Of a stretch of DNA of 64,000 nt, positions 29,883-39,988 are shown piece after piece; the first letter of the stretch is position 1; each line of letters opens with the position of its first letter. This DNA comes from Alphaproteobacteria bacterium (GTDB lineage Bacteria; Pseudomonadota; Alphaproteobacteria; Bin95), in NCBI GenBank assembly GCA_964291285.2, contig OZ219787.1:1440001-1504000 (forward strand). The letters are read 5' to 3'. The notes under the pieces were generated by a model. The model ran no database searches and was not told where the DNA came from. It was given only the letters and a program-made list of their open reading frames with translations. The position numbers and the translations under genes are program-made.

Positions 29883-30475
29883 AGTTCGATCCTTCTCCCG
29901 GTTATCCGCCGGTCCCGTCCGGACCGGCTTGTCATGGACCGACCCGGTATGGGGCCGATGCTCGTCGGATGCCGTTTGCGCCATAAGCCGGGATCGGGCC
30001 TGCAATTCGGCCCCGTCCCCTCAAAAGTCCGGCGCGTCCCGCCCAGGCAAGCGCTTGCGCCGTTGCAAGGATGCCGGCAGGGGCTCGTTGCGGCCAACTC
30101 GGCCGCTGTGGAGGCCGCAATCGATGACAACGATGCGGCGCTCTCGAAGTCAGTTCAATGACAAGGGAAGCTCCCGGGACCGTTCGGTCGCCCGGGCGAG
30201 CCACAGCTTCCCCCTAGAGACGGAACGACGATATTATGGGATGAGGCTCTTGTAAAACCAGCCCCTGCCGTCCTCGCTTACCGGCACGCCGCTCAACCGG
30301 GCGGTTCGGGAACACGCCGCCCCTGTTGCCGCTCGCGCTCGCGACGTCGAGTTCGGGGTTCTCCTGCGTGACGTCCGATCTCCGGGCGGCGGCGCCGCGG
30401 TCGAAGGAGGCGGCGCCAGCCTCCACCCGCTATAGCGAGCTGGAGACAGAACGGCGCAAGAAGTAGCGTCGCCGG

Positions 30476-30640
30476 ATGCTCAGGGTCCTCGCCCATATCG
30501 CAGCGATCGCCGCGCTCTGGTTTGTCTTTTCCTTCGCGCTGTTCCTCGGGCTCCAGGTGGATCCCCTCTACGGCAATATCGGGATCGGGGTGACGGTCGC
30601 GCTCGCGGCGGCCTACGTCTATTTCGGGTGGCTCCGATGA
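30476..30640 (+). CDS. 54-aa two-helix membrane protein (not in the ORF track)
   Basis: MLRVLAHIAAIAALWFVFSFALFLGLQVDPLYGNIGIGVTVALAAAYVYFGWLR; GC-rich third positions. Confidence 0.5.
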   Translation: MLRVLAHIAAIAALWFVFSFALFLGLQVDPLYGNIGIGVTVALAAAYVYFGWLR

Positions 30641-31274
30641 GGTGCTTGCCAGCGTTGCCACCGACTTGTCGGTATCGACGATCTGAATCAAGGTCTTCGT
30701 CCGCCGGGTGAGCAGAACGAACAGTCAGCTGATGAACGTGCGCAACCCGCGCATGTCGAGGAATGCGCCCGGTACAAAGCGCCAGGCCGACGCCCTCATG
30801 GACTCCAGGGCGAACCGGAAATCTCCCGCTACCCGTCGCAGGCTGCAAACACGCCAATGGTAGGTCAGTGGGTTTGAGGCAGTCCGCTCTTGGCCGGATA
30901 AGTGATAACCCTCGGCCATTGGGAGGCCGAGGGTTTGACGATGAGGATAATGACCACAGCCCGGTGGATGATCGTGAGTCTGAGGATGAGTATCGATCCC
31001 TCCGCTTGCCACCGACAGCAAGCGGTCCAGTTTCCTTTGCTGCTGGACGGCACGTAACCCCACTCGCCTCGAAGGCCGTTGTCGGTTCAAACCGTCGAGG
31101 AAAAAATTTCGGATCACGTCACGGCTTCGGCTTCCCCAGAAAGAGACTCTCCTTCCATGTTTCCTCCGTCTTCGCTGTTGCCCGGTGCGGTGCTTGGACG
31201 CCGATCAGCGCCATAAGCCATTGATCGCATTCGATCATGAAGGGTCAGAGCCCAGTGCTTAACGACACCCACCA

Positions 31275-31422
31275 CTATCCCGAGTAACGGCTCCAGCTGC
31301 CTATCGAGGGGCGGTCCTTCGATACGCGCCCGCTGGCGCGGTCGCTACTCAGGACTAGGGAGTTGGCGGCCCCATGTCGTCGCCCCGGACCCCGATCCGG
31401 GGACGAGCCGGGGTCTCCCGAC
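31275..31422. repeat. Palindromic REP/RIME-like intergenic elements
   Basis: 'CTTCGATACG..hairpin..CTACTCAGGA' and 'CCCCGGACCCCGATCCGGGG' hairpins downstream of an oxidoreductase. Confidence 0.45.
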
Positions 31423-31531
31423 GAAGGCTTACCCCTGTTGCACGAGGCTTCGGATCGCCGCTGACGCGCCGTCCGGGACAACGACTGGGGCTCTCTACCG
31501 ACGGGCCCTGTCAACCCGAACGGATCGTGCT

Positions 31532-32851
31532 CTAACGCTCGGCGGCGCCCGTGGCGGCAAAGCGGCTGACCCGGCGGTTGACGACGAAGCGCAGGATCGG
31601 GTCAGGCGGCAGGAGCGTGGCGCGCGGCAGCGATAGCACCACCTGCAGCAGCTCGCTGTCCTCCCCGCAGATATGCTCGGCGAGCAGCTTGCCGCCGATG
31701 GCGCCCTTGGTCATGGGCGCGACGTCGCAGGACATGAGCGCCCAGAGTCCTTCGCGGACGGAACCGAAGATCGCGCCCTCGTTGCGCGTGAAGCCGAGTA
31801 TGCCGCCCCAGGTGCCGGCGAAGCCTATATCGCCCAGGTCCGGCCAGCGGGCCTCGATGCTGCGGCGGTGAATATCGGCGACGCGCTCCATCAGCGCCAG
31901 CGGGAAGCGTTTTCCGCGCGCATACCAGAGCGTGTTGCGCATCAGGATGCGGCGGTCCCGGGTCAGGCGGACCGTGCTGCCGTTCGAATGGGCGGGCAGC
32001 AGGCCGAATTCCCCCTCTCCGCCGAGCATCGCCGCCTGCGCGTCCGAGAGCGGTTCGGTCAGGCTGGCGAAGCTCGCAAGCGGCACCGCCCGGTGCTTCA
32101 GAAGGCCCATCTCCTCGGTGAAGATATGGGTGCAGAGCACGACCTGGCGCGCCTCGACCGTGCCGTCCGGGCAGGCGAGGCGGAAGCCCTCCCCCGTGCC
32201 CATCTCCAGAACCGGGCTTTCCTCGTAAAGCGCGACATTCGCCGGCAGGGTCGCGGCGAGGCCGCGCATCATGGCGGACGGCTGGACGAGGGCGGAGCCG
32301 TCCACCCGCACGCCGCGCCGGTAGTAGCGCGAGCCGGTGACAGCCTTGACCCCGTCCCGGTCGAGTTCACGCCATGGCACGCCCAGCGAGTCGAAGCCGT
32401 CCGAGACGTTCCTGAGTTCCGCCTCCGCACCCCCGCCGGCAGCGACATAGATACGGCCCCAGTCGCTCCACTGGCACTGGATCTGGTGTTCCCGCACGAG
32501 CCTGCGAAGCCAGTCGGTGCCGGCCGAGGACAGGCGGACGTTCTTCCGCGCGGCCTCCATGTGCTTCATGCCGCCATGGCTGTGGTTGTCCAGCATGAAG
32601 CCCGCATTGCGCCCGGACGTGCCGTAGCCGACCCGACTCGCCTCGATGAGCGCCACACTGTCATCGGGCCGGAGCTCAGCGAGGCGCCGGGCGGTCGAGC
32701 AGCCGCATATGCCCGCGCCGACAACCGCGAAATCGACTTTCACCCGGCCCTCGACCCGTCGCGCGGGCGGCGGAGGAGGCAGGCTCTCGAACCAGCCGTT
32801 GCGCGGTCCGTCATCGGGCAGCTTCCGCGCCCCGAACCTTCTCGACGCCAT
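31532..32851 (-). CDS. FAD-dependent oxidoreductase (DAO/PuuB-like amine oxidase)
   Basis: VVGAGICG, 'GTSGRNAGF', 'WGG'. Confidence 0.85.
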   Translation of the reverse strand: MASRRFGARKLPDDGPRNGWFESLPPPPPARRVEGRVKVDFAVVGAGICGCSTARRLAELRPDDSVALIEASRVGYGTSGRNAGFMLDNHSHGGMKHMEAARKNVRLSSAGTDWLRRLVREHQIQCQWSDWGRIYVAAGGGAEAELRNVSDGFDSLGVPWRELDRDGVKAVTGSRYYRRGVRVDGSALVQPSAMMRGLAATLPANVALYEESPVLEMGTGEGFRLACPDGTVEARQVVLCTHIFTEEMGLLKHRAVPLASFASLTEPLSDAQAAMLGGEGEFGLLPAHSNGSTVRLTRDRRILMRNTLWYARGKRFPLALMERVADIHRRSIEARWPDLGDIGFAGTWGGILGFTRNEGAIFGSVREGLWALMSCDVAPMTKGAIGGKLLAEHICGEDSELLQVVLSLPRATLLPPDPILRFVVNRRVSRFAATGAAER

Positions 32852-32911
32852 GTCCGGTCCCCCCTGGATTATCAGGTAACGGCGGCCTGCCCGGCCGCAG
32901 CGAAGCCGGAG

Positions 32912-33343
32912 CTACCCGGTGGCGATGTAGTCCTTGAGGGCCTGCGCCTCGGCTTCGATCTCGCTCATGCGGGCCTTCACAACATCGCCGATGGACACGA
33001 TGCCGACCAGCTCTTCGCCCTCCAGCACGGGCAGGTGGCGCATCCGCCCCTCGGTCATCCGCGCCATCAGGTCGTCTATATGGTCCGAGCGCGCGCAGGT
33101 GATGACCCGGCGCGTCATGATCTCTTCGACCGGACGGTCCAGCACGTCGCGTCCGTGCTCGGCAAGCGCCGCGACGACATCGCGCTCGGAAACGATCCCG
33201 ACGAGCGCACCTCCGGGCGAGGACACCGGCATGGCGCCGATGCGCCGCTCGAACAGCACGAGCGCGATGCGCCCCACCGATTCGCCGGGATCGGCCGTCA
33301 CCACCTCATGGCCCTTGTCGGCGAGGATCTGCGCAACGAACAT
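32912..33343 (-). CDS. CBS-domain protein
   Basis: 'GIVSERD', 'RHLPV', 'GIVSIGDVVK'. Confidence 0.92.
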   Translation of the reverse strand: MFVAQILADKGHEVVTADPGESVGRIALVLFERRIGAMPVSSPGGALVGIVSERDVVAALAEHGRDVLDRPVEEIMTRRVITCARSDHIDDLMARMTEGRMRHLPVLEGEELVGIVSIGDVVKARMSEIEAEAQALKDYIATG

Positions 33344-33729
33344 GTTCCATTCTCCGTCCGGACATGAAACGGCCCCGCCGGAACTCGGGTTGCACGGCGG
33401 GGCTTTATCGATGGTGTTTCGATGGGTCTCTTTTGAAACCTGTCGCCCGCCGCAGGGCGGTCGGGCCAGTCTGTTTCTCTTGTCGGATGGCCCCTATGAG
33501 GGGCGGACCCGGACCGGTGGTTTCATGGCGTTCATCCTCCTCGATCCTGACCGGCAACGCCCATCGCATTCCCGTCTTCGCAAGACAAGTCTGCGACCTT
33601 CCGTCGCAAGCTGTCAATAAAAACTATATACTCAAAATCAACGGCTTGCGGATTTTCTTGTGGCAGAAAAGCGCATTTCCGCAGGTGCGGGTCGCCGGAC
33701 GGACTTCCTCCGGTCCGGACGCAATCCGG

Positions 33730-34536
33730 TCAATGCGCCATGAAGACGGGGAGCGTGCTTTCGGCGAGGATGTGGCTGGTCGGGCCGCCCAGGATCATCT
33801 GGCGCAGCCGGCTGCTGGTGTAACCACCCTTGAAGACCAGATCGGCCCCGAAGGCGGCGGCCTCCGCCAGCATAGCCTCGCCCGCGCTGCGCCGCCCGCG
33901 CTGCCGCACCGCCGACTCGACCGGCAGGCCGTGCCGCGCCAGCCCTTCGGCTATTTCCGCCGCGCTCGGCCCGGGCACGAACGCGCCTTCCACCGTCACC
34001 ACCAGCACGCGCTCCGCTTGCCTGAGCAGCTCCATGCCCATGGCTATGGTGCGCGCGGTCTCGGTGCTGCCGTTCCAGAGGACCGCGATGTTCGCGCCGA
34101 AATCCTCCGGCGCCTGCGGCGGGGCGACCACCATCGGACGGCCGCTCTCGAACAGCACCGCCTCCAGCGTGCTCATCGAGGGCGAGTCGCCGGCGCCGGT
34201 CGGCCGGCCGACCACGGTAAGGTCGAAGGCGCGGGCGCGCTCGGAGACATCCAGATGGCGCGCGACCTCCTCCCGCCATGCGTGCGGGCGCCCTTCAAGC
34301 GCCGCTTCGAAACGGGTGCGCGCGCGGCCGGACGCTTCGTTGTCGCGGCGTTCCAGATCGTCGAGCAAGGCCGGCGACGCCGCGTCCGCCGCGCCGGCAG
34401 CCATGATGTCCGGCAATGAACGGCGCTGGTAGAAGCCCTCGACATACGCGCCGAAACGCCCCGCCACGATCCGCGCGCAGGCCAGCATCGAGTCAAGCCC
34501 GCCCGCCTCGTTCATCGGCACCAATACGGTCTTCAT
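33730..34536 (-). CDS. Universal stress protein (tandem USP)
   Basis: 'DLTVVGRP','ESGRP','WNGS','GGYTSSRLRQMILGG'. Confidence 0.88.
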   Translation of the reverse strand: MKTVLVPMNEAGGLDSMLACARIVAGRFGAYVEGFYQRRSLPDIMAAGAADAASPALLDDLERRDNEASGRARTRFEAALEGRPHAWREEVARHLDVSERARAFDLTVVGRPTGAGDSPSMSTLEAVLFESGRPMVVAPPQAPEDFGANIAVLWNGSTETARTIAMGMELLRQAERVLVVTVEGAFVPGPSAAEIAEGLARHGLPVESAVRQRGRRSAGEAMLAEAAAFGADLVFKGGYTSSRLRQMILGGPTSHILAESTLPVFMAH

Positions 34537-34695
34537 CCGTCCCTCCTTCCGCCTCGGTTGCACGGGGCCCTTCCCATGCGTTCGATTTGCGACGGCCTTA
34601 TGAAATCGCGTCAAAATGACGCAGTCAACAGTGCAGCATTCATGCCGGCGGCAACGGCCTCGCCGCGGCGCCTCAGGCTGCCCGCCGGCCTTCGT

Positions 34696-35829
34696 TCATG
34701 CGCCGTGCGGGGCGAGGATCTGCCTCACCGTGGCGACATCCTGGAGCTTGTCGAAACCGGCGTTGATCTCCTCGAAGCCGATCTTGCGATCGATCAGCCG
34801 GTCCACCGGCATCCGGCCCTGGCGGTAGAGGTCGATGAAGCGCGGAATGTCGCGCACCGGCACGCAGCTTCCCATATAGGAGCCAAGGATGGATTTCTCC
34901 TGGGCCACGAGCTCGCTCTGGTTGAAGGTGAAATCGGCCGCGGCCGGCGAGAGGCCGGCGGTCACCACCGTGCCGCCGTAGCGGATGCTGTTCCACGCCG
35001 TTTCCATCGCCTTGATCGTGCCGGCGAGCTCGACCGCGAAATCCACGCCACCGCCCGAGATGTCGTGGATCTGCTCGATATGGTCGGCATCGCGGGCATT
35101 GACCGTGTGCGTCGCGCCCAGCTGCCGCGCGAGGCCGAGCTTCGAGTCCTCCAGATCGACCGCAATGATCTGCCCGGCGCCGGCGAGCTTCGCGCCGAGC
35201 AGGCCATTCAGCCCGACGCCGCCAAGGCCGATGATCGCCACGCTGTCGCCGGCGCGCACCCGCGCGGTGTTGATGACGGCGCCGGCGCCGGTCATCACCG
35301 CGCAGCCGAAGATCGCGGCCTCCTCGATGTCGATCGACTTGTCCACGACCACGCAGGTGCCCCGGTCCACCACCGCATATTCCGCCATGCAGGAAATGCC
35401 GGTGTGGTGCGCGATATATTCGCCGTTCAGCTTCAGGCGCTGTTCGCCGGACATGAGCTGGCCCTGCCCCTTGGTGCGCGCCGCCGTCTCGCAGACCTGC
35501 GGGCGCCCTTCCAGGCAGCGCCGGCAACGCCCGCAGGCGGAGCCGAACTGGAAGACGATATGGTCGTCCGGCTTGATGTCGTGGACGCCCGGCCCCGTCT
35601 CGACGCAGATGCCGGAGCCTTCATGGCCCAGCACCATCGGCACCGGGCGCGGCCGGTCGCCGTTCAGCAGCGAGAGGTCGGAATGGCAGAGGCCCGCCCC
35701 GCCGATCCTGACCAGCACTTCTCCGGGCCCCGGCGGTTCGAGCTCGACTTCCATGATCTCCACGGGCCTGCTGTGGGCGAACGGGCGCGGCGCTCCGCAT
35801 TGCATCAGCACGGCGGCGGTCATCTTCAT
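34696..35829 (-). CDS. Zinc-dependent alcohol dehydrogenase
   Basis: GLCHSD, GHEG, CGRCRRC..C, GLGGVG. Confidence 0.92.
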   Translation of the reverse strand: MKMTAAVLMQCGAPRPFAHSRPVEIMEVELEPPGPGEVLVRIGGAGLCHSDLSLLNGDRPRPVPMVLGHEGSGICVETGPGVHDIKPDDHIVFQFGSACGRCRRCLEGRPQVCETAARTKGQGQLMSGEQRLKLNGEYIAHHTGISCMAEYAVVDRGTCVVVDKSIDIEEAAIFGCAVMTGAGAVINTARVRAGDSVAIIGLGGVGLNGLLGAKLAGAGQIIAVDLEDSKLGLARQLGATHTVNARDADHIEQIHDISGGGVDFAVELAGTIKAMETAWNSIRYGGTVVTAGLSPAAADFTFNQSELVAQEKSILGSYMGSCVPVRDIPRFIDLYRQGRMPVDRLIDRKIGFEEINAGFDKLQDVATVRQILAPHGA

Positions 35830-35980
35830 GCCTCGGATATCCTCTCGTTCCAAGTCCGGCCGGGGGAGAATAGCCGAGCCGGCGCAAGGCAAACAGCCGC
35901 CCGGCAGGGTCCGCCGCCTCGCCTTGACCGGGCAGGCGAATGGTGGATGCTCGCCCATCCCCTTTTCGAGAGCAGGATTC

Positions 35981-37075
35981 ATGGTTAGCCAGACCGAGGG
36001 CGAGTTTCTCTGCCTTCACGAGATCGTCCACCGCGCGCACAACAATCTGAACCGGAACTACTGGGACTATCTGGCGGGCGGCAGCGAGAGCGAGGCGACG
36101 CTCAGGCGCAACCGCGCGGCGCTCGACCGTCTGGCCCTGAAACACCGCGTGCTCCGCGATGTCTCCACCGTCTCGGCCCGACGGCGCGTGCTCGGCCATG
36201 AGCTGCGTCTGCCGGTGCTGCTGGCGCCCATCGGCTCGCTCCAGAGCTTCGATCCCGGCGGCGGCGCGGCGGCGGCGCGGGCGGCGCACGCCTTCGGCAC
36301 CATGAACATCCAGAGCTCTGTCTCCCAGCCGGGCCTGGAGGAGACCGCCGCGGCGGCGCCCAACCCCAAGGTCTATCAACTCTATGTCCGGGGCGATGAT
36401 GACTGGGTGGACGACATCGCCCGGCGCGCTATCGCCGCCGGATATACGGCGTTCTGCATCACCGTCGATACCGCCCATTACAGCCGGCGCGAGCGCGACA
36501 TCGCCAAGCGTTTCGTCAAGCCCTGGCGCATCGACAACCGCAATATGGAGTTCCAGGGCGCCTTCAACTGGGACAACATAAAGCGCTTCAAGGACCGCCA
36601 CGACATCCCTCTCGCCATCAAGGGCATCGGCACGGGCGAGGACGCGGCGCTCTGCGTCGAGCACGGGGTGGATGTCGTCTATGTCTCCAATCACGGCGGT
36701 CGCCAGCTCGACGCCGGGCGGGGCGCGCTCGACATATTGCCGGAAGCGGTCGCCGCGGTGGCGGGCCGGGCCGAGGTCTGGGTGGACGGCGGCATCCTGC
36801 GCGGCACGGACGTGGTCAAGGCGCTGGCGCTCGGCGCGAACGCGGTCGGCATCGGGCGGCTGTCGGCGGCCGCCCTCGCGGCGAACGGAGAGGCCGGCGT
36901 CGTCGCCATGCTGGAACTGCTGGAGGACGAGGTGGTGACCGCGCTCGGCCTCATGGGCTGCACCGGCTGGCAGGACCTCGGCCCGGACTATGTCGCCCGC
37001 GCCGGGCTGACCTCCCAGCCCTCGGTCTTCAGCGGCTACCCGCTGCTCGATCTCGACGAGACGGGCTATAACTGA
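35981..37075 (+). CDS. FMN-dependent alpha-hydroxy-acid oxidase/dehydrogenase
   Basis: 'SNHGGRQLD', 'DGGILRGTD', 'IKGI'; ATG at 35981. Confidence 0.9.
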   Translation: MVSQTEGEFLCLHEIVHRAHNNLNRNYWDYLAGGSESEATLRRNRAALDRLALKHRVLRDVSTVSARRRVLGHELRLPVLLAPIGSLQSFDPGGGAAAARAAHAFGTMNIQSSVSQPGLEETAAAAPNPKVYQLYVRGDDDWVDDIARRAIAAGYTAFCITVDTAHYSRRERDIAKRFVKPWRIDNRNMEFQGAFNWDNIKRFKDRHDIPLAIKGIGTGEDAALCVEHGVDVVYVSNHGGRQLDAGRGALDILPEAVAAVAGRAEVWVDGGILRGTDVVKALALGANAVGIGRLSAAALAANGEAGVVAMLELLEDEVVTALGLMGCTGWQDLGPDYVARAGLTSQPSVFSGYPLLDLDETGYN

Positions 37076-37117
37076 GGGGTATCGGCTAGGACCCCTTGCC
37101 TGGAGGAAGGTATCGAG

Positions 37118-37936
37118 ATGAACCGGGAACCCCTGCGCGAGATCACCGATGGGGAAATCCGCACCTTCCGGGAAGACGGGGTCGTCCTGCTCAAGGGCCT
37201 GTTCGACATGGAGTGGGTCGAGCGAGTACGCGGCCTCGCCGAGGCGGACATGAACACGCCCGGCGAGATGAAACAGGAGCTGGCGAAGGACGGCGACCCG
37301 GGCCGCTTCTTCAACAACACATTCCTCTGGCCCCGCAATGACGACTTCCGGGACATCGTGTTCAACTCGCCGGCAGCCCGGATCGCCGCCCGCCTGATGG
37401 GCGCCGACAAGGTCAACATCGTGTTCGACCAGTTCCTCATCAAGGAACCGGGAACGCAGGAGAGGACCCGCTGGCACCACGACCTGCCCTACTGGCCCAT
37501 TAACGGCGACCAGGTCTGCACGCTCTGGCTGGCGCTCGACCCGGTGGATGCGGCCTCCGGCGCCGTCGAGTATGTCCGGGGCTCCCACAGGTGGGGCACG
37601 CGCTACAAGGCCGAGGCTTTCCTGGGCGAGGGCCGCTACAAGGAGGACCTGCCGCCGGTCCCGGATATCGAGGAGATGCGCGGCGATCTGGAATTCGTCC
37701 AGCCCGAACTGGAGCCCGGTGACTGCACGGTGCATCACGGGTTGACCGTGCATGGTGCGCCCGGCAATGCGACGGCGGACCGGCGGCGGCGCGCCTATGT
37801 CACCCGCTGGGCCGGCGATGACGTCGTCTATTATCCGCGTCCGGGCATCCAGCCGATGCTCAGGGACCCGGACATTCCGTCGGGCGGCCCGCTGGACAGC
37901 GACCTCTGGCCAGTTGTGTGGCACGGCGCGCCGTAG
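37118..37936 (+). CDS. Phytanoyl-CoA dioxygenase family (Fe/2OG) protein
   Basis: WHHD, 'WLALD', 'GSH', 'HGLTVHG', 'RRR'. Confidence 0.9.
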   Translation: MNREPLREITDGEIRTFREDGVVLLKGLFDMEWVERVRGLAEADMNTPGEMKQELAKDGDPGRFFNNTFLWPRNDDFRDIVFNSPAARIAARLMGADKVNIVFDQFLIKEPGTQERTRWHHDLPYWPINGDQVCTLWLALDPVDAASGAVEYVRGSHRWGTRYKAEAFLGEGRYKEDLPPVPDIEEMRGDLEFVQPELEPGDCTVHHGLTVHGAPGNATADRRRRAYVTRWAGDDVVYYPRPGIQPMLRDPDIPSGGPLDSDLWPVVWHGAP

Positions 37937-37961
37937 GGATGCCTCCCGTGTCCGCCGCCGT

Positions 37962-38258
37962 TCAGGCGTCGGTCACGTCGAAATAGCGGATGCCCGGACG
38001 CTCGGTAAGGGCCTCGAAGAGCCGATCGCTGTCGCCCCGCTCCCGCCGCCAGGCCAGGTATTTCTCATAGTGCCCGCGCGTTTCCCAGGCAGCCGACAGC
38101 ACCAGATTGTCGGTGTCGTCGCCGTTCTGGAGCACCTCGACGCTTATGCAGCCCTCCTGGGAACGGGTTTCCGGCAGGATGGACCGGAAGTGCGATACGA
38201 CATCGGCCCCGGTGCCGGGTTTCGCCTTCATTTCGAAAAGCACTCTTACGGCCATCAT
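37962..38258 (-). CDS. ABM (antibiotic biosynthesis monooxygenase) family protein
   Basis: 'ETRSQEGC','W.T..HYEKYLAWR'; GGAGG RBS. Confidence 0.8.
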   Translation of the reverse strand: MMAVRVLFEMKAKPGTGADVVSHFRSILPETRSQEGCISVEVLQNGDDTDNLVLSAAWETRGHYEKYLAWRRERGDSDRLFEALTERPGIRYFDVTDA

Positions 38259-38474
38259 GAGTTCCTCCAATTTGTACAATGAGAATAACTCAAATTACTG
38301 ACCAGCGAAACTTCAAGTGTGGCATATCGGAGCCAAGCCTGTGCTTTTTGCTGGCACTTTGCCGCGACTATGGCGACGATAACCGGGGCAAGTAAATAAC
38401 TCTCCACGAAGCACCCACTTCGGCATCCTTGCCAGGCCCTTCCATTCGAGGCATATGTGACATAAGCAGTTGCG

Positions 38475-38503
38475 TTGACACGATTATTTCAGTCCGCTAG
38501 ATT
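38475..38503 (+). promoter_or_regulatory. sigma70 promoter upstream of the integrase pair
   Basis: TTGACA-N17-TAGATT. Confidence 0.6.
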
Positions 38504-38769
38504 GCGGCCATGGAACCCACAGTCGCCAAACGAGACAAGAGAGCGAGTGCTTACGACCCGTTTCGCACGCTCGCATTCCCGCTGCGCTTACGAGAAAATC
38601 GACCCGTTCCACCACAGGACGCCATCCGTCGAATCCGGTTCGGCGAGGCCGTGACGGAGAGAGCGATGGCGCAGACCGAATTCGGACCGGACCTGCCGCA
38701 ACGCGGAGCCGGCATCGTCGTCTTCGTCGTCGCCATGACCGAACGCCCTCGTCTCCGGAGCAGGACGCC

Positions 38770-39951
38770 ATGAAGCAACGCCAGTACCGCACCCTCTCCA
38801 AGCGTATCGTCGACAGTCTCCCCGTCGATGGCAGGGACACCGTCTACTGGGACCGCGAGCTGCCCGGTTTCGGCCTGCGCGTCTACGCGAGCGGCAAGAA
38901 GGTCTTCGTCGTCCAGACGCGAGCCTTCGGCCGTTCCAGGCGCGTGACCCTCGGCGAGCACGGCAACCCGTTCTCCGCCGACCGGGCCCGCAAGGAGGCT
39001 GCCGAGGTCATCGTCCGCATCAAGACGGGGCAGCCGCCGATACCGAAGGACCCAGCCAACGATCCCACCGTCGCCGACCTCGCGGACCGCTACTTCCGCG
39101 AACATGTCGAGATGCACTGCAAGCCGGCCACCGTCTCCCGCTACCGGATCACGCTGCGCAAGCACATCGTGCCCGCCCTCGGCGGGCGTCTCGTCGCCGA
39201 GGTCGAGCACAGGGACATCCTGCGCTTCCACGACGCGCTGCATCACAGCCCCAGTGTCGCCAACCGGGCGGCCGACATTCTGGTCAAGATGTTCAATCTG
39301 GCGGACGCGTGGGGCTGGTGTCCCTCGGGGCGCAACCCGGCCCGGAGCGTGCCCCGTTTCAGGGTCGAGAAGCACGAGCGCTTCCTCACCCGCGAGGAAC
39401 TCTCCCGGCTCGGCGAGGCGCTCAGGGCCGCGCCCGCCGGGCGCCGGGCGTCCCCCCATGCGGCGGCCGCCATCTACCTTCTCGTGCTGACCGGATGCCG
39501 GCGCAACGAGATCCTCGGCCTGCGGTGGGACGACCTCAACTTCGACACTGGCGAGATACGGCTGCGCGACTCCAAGACCGGCGCGCGGATGGCGCCGATG
39601 CCGGCAAGGGTGGCCGCGGTGTTCGCCGGCCTTCCCCGCACGCCCGGCAATCCCTGGGTCTTCCCCGGCAGGAAGAAGGGCGCGCACCTGGTCAACCTCA
39701 ACGACTCCTGGGGCCGCATCCGCAAGGACGCCGGTCTCGACGGCGTCCGCCTGCACGACTTGCGCCACACCTTCGCTTCCAGGGCGCTCGCGCTGGGCGA
39801 GGGCCTGGCGATGATCGGCGACCTGCTCGGCCACCGCAAGGTGAGCACCACCGCGCGTTACGCCCACCTCGCGCGGGACTCGGTGCGGGTGTCCTCGGCC
39901 CGGGTCGCCGCCGACATCGGCGCCAGGATCATGGCGCCGGACGGCCGCTAG
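38770..39951 (+). CDS. Tyrosine integrase 1 (arm-binding domain)
   Basis: 'WDRELPGFGLRV', TGCRRNE, SKTG, HDLRH, LGH..TTARY. Confidence 0.93.
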   Translation: MKQRQYRTLSKRIVDSLPVDGRDTVYWDRELPGFGLRVYASGKKVFVVQTRAFGRSRRVTLGEHGNPFSADRARKEAAEVIVRIKTGQPPIPKDPANDPTVADLADRYFREHVEMHCKPATVSRYRITLRKHIVPALGGRLVAEVEHRDILRFHDALHHSPSVANRAADILVKMFNLADAWGWCPSGRNPARSVPRFRVEKHERFLTREELSRLGEALRAAPAGRRASPHAAAAIYLLVLTGCRRNEILGLRWDDLNFDTGEIRLRDSKTGARMAPMPARVAAVFAGLPRTPGNPWVFPGRKKGAHLVNLNDSWGRIRKDAGLDGVRLHDLRHTFASRALALGEGLAMIGDLLGHRKVSTTARYAHLARDSVRVSSARVAADIGARIMAPDGR

Positions 39952-39988
39952 CGCGCCCGCGTCAACGCATACTCCGGAAGGACACTCC

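Noticed and set aside
30700-31230. Possible degraded gene
   Set aside because: Overlapping short ORFs without recognisable features
34985-35980. N-terminal extension making a 696-aa oxidase fusion
   Set aside because: It is antisense to the alcohol dehydrogenase; the real start is at 35981 with an RBS
38280-38770. tRNA or att site next to the integrases
   Set aside because: No cloverleaf, T-loop motif or matching direct repeat found by eye
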